Shown piece by piece: positions 41,561-55,719 of a stretch of 64,000 bases of DNA. A program made the translations under genes and the position numbers. The notes beneath the pieces were generated by a model, which saw only the letters and a list, made by a program, of their open reading frames with translations, searched no databases and was not told the DNA's origin. Positions within the stretch are counted from its first letter, which is position 1; every line of letters starts with the position of its first letter. The DNA is from Octopus vulgaris (lineage: Eukaryota), in the NCBI GenBank assembly GCA_951406725.2, contig OX597824.1:48608001-48672000 (forward strand), written 5' to 3'.

Positions 41561-41610
41561 ACTAACTATATTATATATATATATATATATATATAATATA
41601 GTTAGTTAGT

Positions 41611-41708
<98 letters not shown>

Positions 41709-41709
41709 T
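41467..41709. repeat. Microsatellite palindrome (TCTA)n(ACTA)n-(TA)n-(TAGT)n(TAGA)n
   Basis: The right half is the reverse complement of the left, including the ACTA/TAGT variants and the TATT/AATA interruption. Confidence 0.85.
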
Positions 41710-42608
41710 AAATATATATACATGTACATATTTTTATGTGTATGTATGTATGTATGATGGTTGGATGGATGGATGGATGGATGGATGGATGGATGGATGG
41801 ATGGATGGATCTATAATAGCCTGTTATAATACGTGTCAGCTCGACACCCTAATTACAGGCCCTGAGAACTGCTAATCAGGTTTCCATCTTAACCGTGTTA
41901 ATTGTACCACCGTAATCCTGGACAACCTGAAATTCTAAATGGCGGTGCCCCAGCATGGCCACAGCTCATAAGCTGAAACTAGAATCAATCAATCAATCAA
42001 CCCCGCCTTTTACCTTCGCAATATCCTTGCCTGGTCACCACTAACATCCGTCAGATTAGCCTCATTAGGACCTCTAACTACAGTGAAGCGAATTCGGGTC
42101 ATTATCCCTGTCTTTGATACCACTACGGACGCTTTAAACCCACACTTACTTTTGGAGTATTCTACCACTGATATATCATCCAACCTTACCTGTAATGTCG
42201 ACTCTACTGTTGACCTTCGAAGTGCGGACTCTTCAATGCAAATTGCTTCGACTCCGGATTTAATACCATCCATAACAACTGCCCAACTTCTCCCTAAATA
42301 TGCAGAATCCTTCCACCTTGTCAGTACTTATATGATGAATGATAGTATAGACCACGATGGTAGGAAAACATGTGTTGGGTTACGCAAAATTGCTTTCTGA
42401 ATGGCAACTGCTTGTGCTTTGACGTTGTGTATAAGTATACAACCCCCACGTTCCACTCAGGCTAGAGTCTACACTCGGAGCACGATCGACATCAGCCGCG
42501 CAACTTCGCACACCTGAATTCCTTTTCAAATAGGGCTTCTAAACAATCTACTTAACAAAAATTAACAAACGCAAATAAAGTTAAATTATGGAGTGTCATG
42601 TATTATTA

Positions 42609-42972
42609 CTCTGTTACATTTTAGCTTATGTGTGTCAATATCCCACGTTTTTGTTATGAGCATCAACGCGGGCATTGGACCTGCAGCAGAACTGACAGGA
42701 CTAACAGATAATTTCCCACTGGTAGTATGGAATGTCTTTTGCTTCTTACGCTCCAAACTCTTTCTCTCGAAATGATAAACTTTATTAAAGCATTCATTAC
42801 ACCATGCCTGATAACGGTTGTGTGTAGTTCAGACATTTTCTTTTTAATTCTCATCTTTATCGCACAGTAGTGGTCTTCCATCAGATCTAACAGTTCTGCT
42901 GCAGATCCAAGGCCCACCTTCATGCTAATAACATAAAAGCTATTGACACACGAAAGCTAAAATGTAAGGGCG
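42609..42972. mobile_element. MITE with ~90-bp imperfect TIRs and TA flanks
   Basis: TTACATTTTAGCTT.TGTGTGTCAATA...GGACCTGCAGCAGAACTG versus CAGTTCTGCTGCAGATCC...TATTGACACACGAAAGCTAAAATGTAA. Confidence 0.75.
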
Positions 42973-45361
42973 TAATCACACATGGAACTCCAAAGTTTAA
43001 CTTTATTTGTTTTTGTTAATTTTATTAACACTACTAATATTATTTGCTTTCGGGGGCCGAGAAACACTATTTACTTTTCTTTGAACTCAGAACGTAAAGT
43101 CGAAAGAAATACCGCTAAGAATTTTGTCCGATACAGAACAATTCTGTCAGCTCACCGCCTTATGAAGTGTTGCACATTGAGTGCAGACAGGTTGATTGGA
43201 TTCCTGTATAGTTTCCATGTTTCACATCCACAAGCTACTTGATAGACTCGAATTTTGTTTTAAATGAGGCAAAGGTAATGGAATAAATATACGTTAGACA
43301 ATTCTGATTTTTCCAAGACACAAAGTGATTTCACTTTTAGCTCTACAGTATTTGAGATTATCGTGAAGCCATGACGGTTTTAATTAGGATACCGATTTTT
43401 ATGATTGTGCTTCACTGTTAGGGTGTTTAAACTTCGTTTAGAAAGAGGTTCAGTCTTCTTTTTATACTAATGCTAAGATCAAAAGTCTTGCATGTCTTAG
43501 AAAATCTATTTATAACGTCTTGGATCCATTCCAACAAAGAATGAGCGCTCGTTGTAATTACATCTACAAAATGTAATTCGCGTGTGAATTCAAATTTATT
43601 ACACTAGAGCTTTTTGCATTGAAGAAATGCAACAACAACAACAACAAAATGGGTTCAAATTTTGGCTCAAGGCTAACAAGTTCGGGGAAGGAGTAAGTGG
43701 ATTACATCGACTCTAGTGGTTAACTGATACTTATTTTATCGATCCCGAAGGATGAAAGGCAAAGTCAACCTCGGCGTAATTTGAACTCAGAAGATGGATG
43801 AAATGGCGCTGTGTATTCTTAACTTAACTCTTAAAATTATATAAGTTAGAAATTCAGTGCTCTGAAGAGAAATAGGTGAAACATGTCGGTCAATTTATAA
43901 GGAAACGACAAGTAACATATTAATACTGTGCTTTCATTACTATTTCTAAGATTGTGTTTTTCATTATTGTGCATTCCATATATCTATATATCAACTTATT
44001 TGTCAGTCTGTCTGTTTGTCTGTCTGTCCCTGTGACTGTCTCTATCTTTTTCTTTCTATCTGTCCCTTTATATATATATACAGATATATACACATGGATA
44101 AATGCATAAACATATGTAAGCTCATATACATACTTACATACATACATACTTACACACATACATACATACATATGTGTATATGTATATATATATACAAACA
44201 CATTTATATATATACACACACATATGCATTCATAAATACCAATCGATATAGGCATTATTATGTGTGTATGTATACACATACATTAATAAGGATCAATATA
44301 CCTATGTATTATGCTTGTATGTATATATATATATATATATGCGCACGCGCGCACACACACATACATGCACATACATATGCATGCAATCACACACATCCAT
44401 ACATAAACACACACATATGCGTGTGTACATAATGCATTAACAAGATGATATAGCGAGAAGGAAAAAAATGTGGTGCATATTTACTATTTAGTGTTTTGCC
44501 AATGGTGAACACATAAAAGCTTGATATAAACAGAGGATAATAAAAATCGATACTTATGAATACGTGAGTGAGAAGGATCGATGAATAAAAATCAATAAAG
44601 CGGTGCTGTTAATCATTTGAAAATAACAGATGAGCTCTAATTTCGGAGGGAATTAGTCGTTCTTCGCGGAAGCAGGGATTCATAAAAACAACGAACAGAT
44701 TCGGTTCAGAGAAAATGGGAGGATTTACGCACAAATACACACACACACACACACACACATACACACACGTACAAACACGTAAACACACACACACACAATC
44801 TCGCGTACACATGCGCGTACGATACGTACATTCATACATGTAAATAAATGCGTGTGTATATATGTTCATATAAAAATATGAGTGTTTATATTTAGAATAT
44901 GTTACACATAATATTATATGAATGCATAACTTTTATGAAGCACATGTAAGCATACATACATAAATACATATATACATACTTACATACATACATATAAATA
45001 CTATAAGGCACACATACATACACACCGATATATACACATACATATGTATACACATCTTTCTTTTATCTTTTACGTTTTGCTTGTTTCAGTCATTAGATTG
45101 CGGCCATGCCTAGGCATCGCCTTGAAGGGTTTTAGTCGAACAAATCGAATCATCGACCCCTGGACTTGTTGCTTTTTTAAGCTTAGTATTTATTCTATCG
45201 ATATCTTTTGCCGAACCGCTAAGTTACGGGGACGTAAGCACACCAACAACAGTTTGAAGCAGTGGAAGGGGGACAACCACAGACACAAAGATACACACAT
45301 ATACACACACACACACATACATACATACATACATACATACATACATACATACATACATACA

Positions 45362-45394
<33 letters not shown>

Positions 45395-45401
45395 GTGTGT
45401 G

Positions 45402-45431
<30 letters not shown>

Positions 45432-45439
<8 letters not shown>

Positions 45440-45659
45440 AACTTCTGTTCTTTCAACATGTGATCTCTTGAGCACCACCAGCAAAAATATTTTTTTCCTC
45501 TGTCTTCCCTTCTCGGGATCTTTCCTTCTCCTTGTTTCCGACGAAGAGCTCCGCTCGAAACGTTAAACCCCCCTTCCCTTCTTTCCTGAGCGTCAAATAA
45601 TACTTTAATTGTTCCACGTCCCCGCGTTGCTGTTTTTTTCTGTGTTTTCTTGTTTGGAT

Positions 45660-45665
<6 letters not shown>
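45432..45665 (+). mobile_element. Short HHR-bearing element bounded by (TA)n
   Basis: GTTT-CCGACGA-A-GAGC-TCC-GCTC-GAAAC-GTT-AAAC at 45534-45568. Same family as 28930-29122. Confidence 0.7.
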
Positions 45666-45704
<39 letters not shown>

Positions 45705-46564
45705 GGACTAATGGGTATGTGTCAATTAGTGTGTTGAGTAAAGCACGTTCACAGTTTGGGCTACCTAGTGTTACCCACGGTTGAGGTATATATCTGCTGG
45801 ATCTACGTCAGGAATTCCGCAGTGTTAGTTGCGATATACGACGGGCTTCTTTCAGTTTCCGTCTATCAAATCCACTCACAAGGCTTTGGTCGGCCCGAGG
45901 CTATAGTAGGACATACTTGCCCACGGTGGTTGGGAAGCAAGCTTCTTACCACACAGCCACGCTATGTATATATATATAGAGAGAGATGGAAAAGAAAGAG
46001 AGAGAGAAAAGAAAGAGAAATCCATATTTTATTTAAATGACTGGTCATTATATTTATGTTTTCGTTAGTTTCTTTTGCTTATTTATTTTTCTTGTTTATC
46101 AGTTGTATTGCGGTGAAGCTGGTGCACCGCCACCTGAAAATTTTGATCGGTCATATTGACCTCAGTACTTATTTCAATCTGGTACACATTTTATTGATCT
46201 CTCTTTAACACATGGATAAGAAACGGTTTTATACAAAACACTGCTTATTAGATGGACTACTGCACAATAATTGCCAGACTATATTCTAATCAAAACGTTT
46301 ATTGTTGAAATAAACATGCCTACGATGCCTGGCAATGAGATTGAAACCACAAGCTTGTGGATGCAGAATTGCAGAATGAAGTAGTGAGTAACACGAGTAT
46401 ACCTGTGCTTCTATGCATATATTTTGCGCAGAGGTATTTTTGTCTTAGAGACAGACAGACTGACAGACAGAAAGACAGGTAAACAGGCAGGTAGAGAGAG
46501 AGAGAGAGAAGGAAGGAAAGAGATACAGAGGGTTGGGCATATAGGTAAAAAGATAGTTAGATTG

Positions 46565-46596
<32 letters not shown>

Positions 46597-46683
46597 GTAT
46601 GTGTGTGTGTGTGTGTGAATAGATAGATAGATCGATCGATATATAGATAGATAGATAGATTGATAGATAGATAGATAGATAGC

Positions 46684-46767
<84 letters not shown>

Positions 46768-47369
46768 CAGATGTGCGTGTATCTGTGAATGTACGCTTTG
46801 TGTTCAAGTGTGTATAAATGTGTTCGTGAGTGTGGACTATGTAAATGAGTTTGTGCGCGTGTGTATAATCAGTCTAACGTACTTCTGCTGGTATATTTCA
46901 CGTTAAGTTATAACTGTATCATTATTATTCTACAAGTAATCAACATTGCTCTAACGCATCGTAAGACACATATATAGTAGCACTAATATCCAGCAGAAAT
47001 ATGTAGTAATACTAATATATAGTCTCACCAATATACAGTATTACTAAAATACAGTAGCACTGTTATACAGTACAACTAATATGTAGTAATACTAACATAC
47101 AATAACACTTATCAGGAGTGGGGGATGAGGAGCATGTGCCTCTCTCAAGAAAAGAGTGCGCCCTTCTAAATAATGTTATTATGCCCTTTTCTCCTGGAAT
47201 TGTATTCCCTTCTTACTTGTGTCCTTCCTTCGAAAAATTCCTGAGGCCGCGCCTGCTTATACAGAGTTGCACTAATTTCTTGTAGTATTAATACACAGTA
47301 ACGCAGAAATATATTTACACAGATATATAGAAACACTAACGTAAAAATGCTCTTAAAATACAGTAACAC

Positions 47370-48780
47370 TAATGTTGGTTTCATATTTTGGCACAAGGCC
47401 AGCAATTTCGGGAGATGTGCTCAACTGGCTCTTATTGCATTGATACAGAAAGGATGAAAGGCAAAGTCGACACCGGCAGCATTTGAACTCAGAACGTAAG
47501 GTCGGAAGAAATGCTAAGCTTTTTGTCTGACACGGTAACAATTCTTATTTCTTTATTGTCCACAAGGGGCTAAACATAGAGGGGACAAAGGACAGACAAA
47601 GGGATTAAGTCGATTAGATCGATCCCAGTGCGTAACTGGTGCTTAATTTATCAACCCCGAAAGGATGAAAGGCAAAGTCGACCTCGGCGGAATTTGAACT
47701 CAGAACATGAAGACAGACGAAATACCTAATTCTTTACTACCCACAAGGGGCTACACACAGAGAGGACAAACAAGGACAGACAAAGGGATTAAGTCGATTA
47801 CATCGACTCCAGTGCGTAACTGGTACTTAATTTATCGACCCCGAAAGGATGAAAGGCAAAGTCGACCTCGGTGGAATTTGAACTCAGAACGTAACGGCAG
47901 ACGAAATACGGCTACGCATTTCGCCCGGCGTGCTAATGTTTCTGCCAGCTCACTGCTTTACACTGATATACAATAGCACTGAAGGCGGCGAGCTGGCAGA
48001 CTTGTTAGCATGTCGGGCAAAATGCTTCGCTGCATTTCGTCCGTCTCGTGTTCTGAGTTCAAATTCTTTGCCTTTCATCCTTCCGGGGGTCGATAAAAAA
48101 AGTATCAGTTGAACGCTGGTCGATGCAATCGACTTACCCTACGCCTCCACCGAACTTCCTGATATTGAAACCAATATACAGTAATAGTAATATGAAGTAA
48201 CACTAACTTATCGGTTCGGCAAAAGAGACCGATAGAATAAGTACTAGTCTTAGAAAGAATAAGACCTGGGGTCGATTTGCTCGACTACAGGCGGTGCTCC
48301 AGCATTGCCACAGCCAAATGACTGAAACAAATAAAAGAATAAAAGAATGATATTCTGCAGCATTAATACAGAGTAGCGAAAGGCAGTGAGCTGGCAGAAA
48401 CGTTAGTACGCCGGGCGAAATGCTTAGCGGTATTTCGTCTGCCGCAACGTTGTGAGTTCAAATTCCGCCGAGGTCGACTTTGCCTTTCATCCTTTCGGGA
48501 TCGATTAAATAAGTACCAGTTACGCACTGGGGTCGATATAATCGACTTAATCCCTTTGTCTGTCCTTGTTTCTCCCCTCTGTGTGTAGCCCCTTATGGGC
48601 AGTAAAGAAATAGGTATTTCGTCTGTCTTCTTGTTCTGAGTTCAAATTCCGCCGAGATCGACTTTGTCTTTCATCCTTTCGGGGTCGATAAATTAAGTAC
48701 TTGTTGCGTGCTGAGGTCGATCTAATCGTCTGACACCCTCCCTAAAAATTTCGTGCCTTGTGCCTAGAGTAGAAAAGAAT
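47370..48780. mobile_element. Cluster of family A SINEs: three tandem minus units, then plus-strand units; composite copies carry a Tx1-like tail
   Basis: Minus units at ~47370-47955; plus units at 47982-48175 and 48382-48780. The tail TCCCCTCTGTGTGTAGCCCCTTATGGGCAGTAAAGAAATA is joined to GGTATTTCGTCTGTCTTC in both orientations. Confidence 0.8.
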
Positions 48781-49778
48781 ATAGAGTAGCGAAATATAAG
48801 GGAGAACTAATATGGAGTAACACAAATATACAGTTCTATTAACATACAGCCGCACTAACATGAGTAATAGGCAGTGATGCCTTATAGAAACATGCGTAAG
48901 AAAATAGATACATGGATAAATTGTGTGTATATCTGTGATTGTATGTTATAATTGCATGAGTGAGTGTGTATGTACGAGTATGCGTACTTGTGTGTGCTTG
49001 AGACGTGCACGTAAACATTTCGAAACTTTACGTTTACGTAAGTTTACTGGTATATTTCACAAAACAGATGTACGTATGAGTATTATACGAGAAGTTAAGT
49101 TTGCTTTGAAACTATGTCATAAAACTAAAACACCATAGCTCTAATATACAGTAAAACTGATATAGAGTAGCACAAAAATATATCGTAACACTAATGCACA
49201 GAGACAGTAATATAGGCTAGCAGTAATACACAGCAACACTAACATAAAATAAGATGAAATAGACTTCGGAGATGCTTTGCTACACGCAGAAGCTGCAAAT
49301 GTTGCTCAAAAAATATTTTGCAAGCTCTTCTAAATGTATTGCAATGTTGGAAACCCTTCCATGTCATCAGCAGGTATCTCTCTCTTAGCCTGAACGCTTC
49401 GCCAGCGGAAGGGCTCCGCTTGCAAACTCTTACCATCTTGGGGTACGTTCGACCACGATGATTGCTTTTGTACTCTTGGAGAGCAAGGACATATCTAGGC
49501 GGGGTGATATTACAGTTATCTCATTCAGGTCCACTTGCCTCTCCCAATCTGAAATTGTATGCAAAATAGAAAAACGGGTCACTTGCCGTTGCCTTCGACT
49601 TAAGCCTCGTCACCTTTTCTAAGGAATATGACACCCTTAAGTGTTAGTGGTGGCTGGTATTTATTAGTCTTGCAGGTCAGTGCACATTTGGCAACGATTT
49701 CTGCTTTCTCCCAGTGTCCAAGGGGATCCGATAAAACTGTGGTTTAGGGTGCAAAGAGATGCTCCACAAAATTTAGAG

Positions 49779-50031
49779 CAGTGGTTCTCAACCAGGGTCC
49801 ACGTGACCCTTGGTGGGGGTTTCTATATAAGCTTTTGTAGTTAAAATCTCTGTGCAATACATTCGTTATACTTCTACAATATATGAAATATCTTAATAAC
49901 AATTTTTTACAGTTCCTAATAATATTATTAAATATAATAGGATTTTCAAAACAACGAATGGCTGTGAGGTCCATCCGATTAAAATAAGAATCAAAGGGGA
50001 TCCACAAGCAAAAATTGGTTGAGAACCATTG
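49779..50031. mobile_element. hAT (Charlie-like) MITE
   Basis: TIRs CAGTGGTTCTCAACC / GGTTGAGAACCATTG. The 8-bp flanks ATTTAGAG / ATCTACAG fit a decayed NTCTAGAN TSD. Confidence 0.85.
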
Positions 50032-53000
50032 ATCTACAGTAATACTAATATGCAACAACATTAATATATTGATTGGGAAAGATGAGATAAACAGAAATAT
50101 GGTATTTGAATTTGAAGGCGCATTCAACATCATAAATTAGTGACTGATGAAATTTCCACCATTATTATTTCTTAAAATTACAGAAGCTATTGTTTATTCA
50201 CATATATCTGCACCAATATGATTTTTGCCTTTTTGTATTATATTGGTAGATAAGTTTGATTGGGTCTTCAATCACTTCATCTGGTTTTCAAATCATATAA
50301 ATTGAGAAAAACCAAAGTTGTTTCTGATTCTGTTATTGTTAAGAAAATAATGTTGCTGCACCACCACCACCACTAACAGCGTCACTATAACATCACGACT
50401 ATCGCTCACGGTACCAACAACTATAACAATACTAACTTCGCAACCACTATCACCTCCACCATACTACTACCACCACTAATATTTCTAACAACAGCACCAA
50501 TAACACTATCACCACTACCACCACCACCACTGCTGACAACAATACTACCCTTGCTTGCAACTGCTATCACCACACCTCCTCGGACCTTCACTGTCAGTAT
50601 CAACAACTACACTAACAACAATGTTAAAGCGATCATCATCTAAAAGGGAACAAAAGAGAGAGAATGTATCATTAGGAATGAGATAAAGGGAACACTGCCT
50701 AGTAATTAGGAATACTAATTGTGTAAATTAATGATACTTATAATTTGAAGAAAAGTGTGAGTGAAAGTGGGAGATAAAATAATGAAGAAGATTAGGGGAG
50801 AGAGAGGGGGTGAAATGGTTCTGTGCTTGTTGAAACAAGCCTAGAACACACACACTTCCACATACACACATACTCCGACACACACATATGTATATGTATC
50901 TTTGAATGTATGTATACATACATATACATATATACACACATGCACACACATGCATACCACACATACATACATACATACATACATACATACATACATACAT
51001 ACATACATACATACATACATACGTACATACATACATACATACATACATACATACATACATACATACATACATACATACATACACACATGCATACATAGTT
51101 GTACCTCTGTGGTTTTATAAAATTACTGGGGTTAATTACTCAGACAGCCATCAACATAAAAAAAACAAACAAACAGCATGCTAATTAGGTTTTTAATATC
51201 TGCTACATTAAATATAGTAACACTAACTTAACTATTATTTTTCATGTGGTAGGAGTCTTAATAATTAAACTCGATAATTTTCAGTAGAGTTGCTGAAAAC
51301 TGTAAATCTCCAATCGTTATTCTTAGTCAAGAAAAAGAGTCGCTTATCAATTATCTCTATGGATTCCTCCGGATAGGAATCCTCTGAGACCAATAAATTG
51401 CAGTATTTTACTCTCGGCTTAAGATGGTCAGCATTTCATCCGTTTTTACGTCCTGAGTTCAAATTCCGCCAAGGTCGACTTTGCCCTCCCCACTTTCGGG
51501 GTCGATAAAATAAGCACCAGTTGAGCACTGGGGGCGATGTAACCGCCGCCACTATCAAAATTGCTGGCCTTGTGCCAAAATTTGAAAACAATATTATATA
51601 GGTACAATCCGTTTATGGCAGCGATCTGGCAGAATCCTGAGCACGTCCGTCTTCACATTATGAATTCAAATTTCACCTGAGTTTACTTTGCCTTTCATCC
51701 TTTCAGGGTCAATAAAATAAGTACTGGTTGAACTCTGTGGTCGAGATGATTAATTTAGCCGCCACACCCCACCCCACCCTGAAATTGCTGGCCTTGTGCC
51801 AAAATTCGAAATCAATATTATACAATCTGCACAGCACATAATCAGCGACACGATACTTAGCACTCTTCACACAACACATACGAAACTCAATTTCTATCTC
51901 TGACATTGAAACACCTATCTTATCTCACACGGTGCATTTCAATTTTAAAATACTTAGCACACTTTACTCAACTTAATTTCTACATAATCTTCGTCTGGCT
52001 ATAAAGTTATAACATAATTTACACAACTATACAAACTCCTTTTATTTTTTTTTATGCGCCCTTTTCAAGCCTAGCCAGGCTCATGGGCCCGATTTCCCGG
52101 TTTCTGTGGCGTATGTGTTCCCCGCCAACTGGACGGGACTCCAGTCTATCGCAGCGTTACTCAAGAAACAGGAAGAAAGAGTGAGAGAAATTTGGGGCGA
52201 AAGAATACAGCAGGGGTCGCCATCACCCCCTGCCGGAACGTCGTGGAGCTCTAGGTGTTTTCGCTCAATAAACACACACAACGCCTGGTCTGGGAATCGA
52301 AACCGCGATCCTCCAACCGCGAGTCCGCTGCCCTAACCACTGGGCCATTGCGCCTCCAAATGCAAACTCCTCCCAACTTTAAAACATATAACGCAGCTTC
52401 TGCAACCTAAACAAAGAACATATACCACCCAGCAAAATGACTGCAATTGTGTTTAGCAGTATTTTGCTGTGTTACACGCCATAGTCAAATAATAAGAGCT
52501 ATTTTATTGCGGGACCTCCGTAGCTACACAGGGAACTTGACTTGGTTTGAGGACTGATAAAACTCTAGAATATTGGAGGGAAAATTATTTCTGTCGTTAT
52601 AAAAAACAAAATAAAAAAGAAACATAAGCTTTCACAAGAGTGGGAAACGTTAAGAGTGAGATTCCGAGTTGTGGAGTTGTTGAAAACCTCTGCTTTATAC
52701 GGCAAGATTCCTTAGCAAAATACTAGAGTTTATGACAATAGTCTCTAAATCTAAATATCTGATTCCGTTGACATGAGTCATCTTTTGACAAGAGTAAAGT
52801 ACAGGGGCGATACTAATTTTCAGATGAATAGTCTGGTGCAACTCGAAATGAAGTGCCTTGCCAACATCGTCAGGAGTGTAGGGACAATTAATGTCAGAGA
52901 TATTGGCTGAGGGTTCGAGGAGTGGGATTTGTCGTATTGTTGCTTATATTCTTCTGTCTGGTAATAAGAATTCATACAATTAAATCGAAGAATGCTCTAC

Positions 53001-53214
53001 TCTGACACGAAACAATAGACTAAGCCTCGAAGACGCACACGTCGATATAGGTATCTCTGAGGATATCTTTTTATTTGTGTGTCGGTATCTATACAGATAC
53101 GACGCTATTTATGCACGTTTGGACCAGCCAACTACATTATGATACTTGAACAGGCATATTTATAAAATACGCCATGTATCTTAAAGTAGCCTTTCAGAAT
53201 CGGTTTATACGTTA

Positions 53215-53593
53215 TATTTTAAAACAAGGATTTGGGCAATAAAAAAATAAGAAACAAAAAACGTGGAAAAATGTGAAGAAGGTTGGTGCAAAAGATGGAA
53301 CGAGAAAAAATAAACGAAATCAAGAAAACTAAGATCCTCGGCCTACCTGGTTGCGGAAAGCTCATTAAATACAACTGGTTTAGAACAAAATAACAGAAAA
53401 TATATAAAAATCTACGAGACGGTCCGAAGAGGCTGCTGTCCTCCAATTCGATAAAAGAAACCTGTCCATGTTATTTTGTTCTAAAGTAGTTGTATTTAAA
53501 GAGCTTTCTCGTTCCATTTTTTACACCAACCTTCTTCACATTTTTCCAAGTTTTTTTTTTCTCATTTTGTTACAGTCCAGCATCCCTGTTTTT

Positions 53594-53598
<5 letters not shown>
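53215..53598. mobile_element. Older fold-back element with degenerate hammerhead in the loop, ending at (TA)n
   Basis: Imperfect inverted repeat 53215-53395 / 53469-53598 (one ~50-bp indel). The loop holds CCGAAGA-GG...GAAAC-CT-GTC. Confidence 0.55.
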
Positions 53599-53643
<45 letters not shown>

Positions 53644-53873
53644 CGCATAAACAGAGCCAGAAAAATTGCCTTAAGATACATGACGTATTTTATAAATATG
53701 TCTGTTCACGTATCAAAAGGCATGAAGCTATCAGTAGCTCTTTCGGTTGTGTATTTAAATTATTTATCTCTCACTGAATGGAGTAATTTTTTTGTTCATT
53801 ATACCTCCATTGTATCTTTAAACTATATATATATATATACATACATACATACATACATACATACATACATACA

Positions 53874-53905
<32 letters not shown>

Positions 53906-55618
53906 CTTATATGTATGTATATTTATTTGGATATGTTCATATATTTCTACATATATTTATATATATTATATTAGTGTGAGTGTATATGTGTTTGTATGTT
54001 TGTGTGTACATATGGATGTATGTGTATGCATACACACACACACGCACACACATTTACACTTGCTGAGACAAATATATCTATGATATACCCTTGAACAGAC
54101 AGTATGCACCTATTGCCAATTTATATAGCAGTCTAACATTAATGTACATCAAAGGAAAACTAGAGATAAGAAGAAACAATAAAACTGTCTGTTAAAAAAT
54201 TACCCTATCTATCTCACTCTCACTCTGATAACATTCTTTCGTGTTTCTGCCTCGCCCTTGTCTGTGCGTTGTTAATTTTTTTTCACCCCCGTCTCACGTC
54301 TTTATAACGTTCCCTCACACGCATTTTGGGTGAATGCGGTCATCTTTTCAACCCAATAACGTTGCATATAACAGTTTCATGTCTCTGATGATGTGTCACT
54401 AAGTGCTGATTGTGTAATTTGCATTAACAGGCACTCCGTCGCTTACAACGACCTGGGTTCCAGTTGATCCGGTCAACAGAACAGCCTGATCGTGAAATTA
54501 ATGATCAAGTGGTTGAGTACTCCACAGACACAATCCCTTAACGTAGTTCTCAGGGAGATTCAGAATGACACAGAATATAACAAGGCTGGCCCTTTGAAAT
54601 ACATGTACTACTCCTTTTTGCCAGCTGAGTGGACTGGAGCGACGCTAAATAAAGTGACTTGTTCAAGGACACAGCGTGCTGCCGGGAACCGAGATCGTGA
54701 CCAAACGATCTCGATAAAAAAAATAGCTAATAATCACCCACATTTTATCGTTTATCTGTTTCAGTCATTAGACTGCGGCCATGCTAGGGCACCGCCTAGA
54801 AGAACTATTAGTCGAATGAATCAATCCCAGTATTTTTCTTAGTCTGGTACTTGTTCTATCCGTCGCTTATTGCCAAACCGCTAGGCTACGGGGACATAAA
54901 CAAACCAACACCAGTTGTCAAGCGGTGGTGAAGGACACAAACAAGCAGAAACACACGCGCGCATATACGACGGGCTTCTTTCAGTTTCCTTCTACCAAAT
55001 ACCTCCACAAAGCTTTGATTGGTCCGAGACTATAGCAGAAGACACTTGCCTAAGGTGCCATGCAGTGGGACTTGAACACGGAACCATGTAGTTGAGAAGC
55101 AAACTTCTTACCTGCGCCTATATTTATTTGTATATACTCAGTGCAACACTCGAAGGTTTCATAACTAGAAATAAAATTACGATACACGAATAGAAATACT
55201 CAGGAAGTTCTTAGCAACGGTTGTTCTGCAAACATTTTAATTTTAAAATTGCACTTTACGGTGACATATATATATGTCTCTGTATCACTGTATCGACCAG
55301 ACAGTCGGATGCGGTTATACACCGCGTGTCACAATGCGCTTCTCGCGTTCTTATAGCCTTGAAACGATTCCACCCCGCTAGCTAGGCTAGCAGGTAAACA
55401 TACATACACACAAATGCACACACACACATACAGACAGACATACGTATATATATAAACATATATATATAAATGAATATACATATATATGTATACATATATA
55501 CATATATATACATATATATATGTATATACATATATTCATTTATATATATATATATATATAAATGAATATATATATATAAATGAATATACATATATATACA
55601 TATGTATATATATATATA

Positions 55619-55699
<81 letters not shown>

Positions 55700-55719
55700 T
55701 ATTCATTTATATATATATG

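Noticed and set aside
42010-42330. Minus ORF GIKSGVEAICIEES... as a possible LINE endonuclease or host exon
   Set aside because: Only vague resemblance to APE motifs; not supportable without an HMM search.
43855-43895. CTGAAGA...GAAACATGTC hammerhead-like words (also 4660-4710 minus and 25418-25458)
   Set aside because: Stems I/II do not pair convincingly or the core is broken. At most these are decayed remnants.
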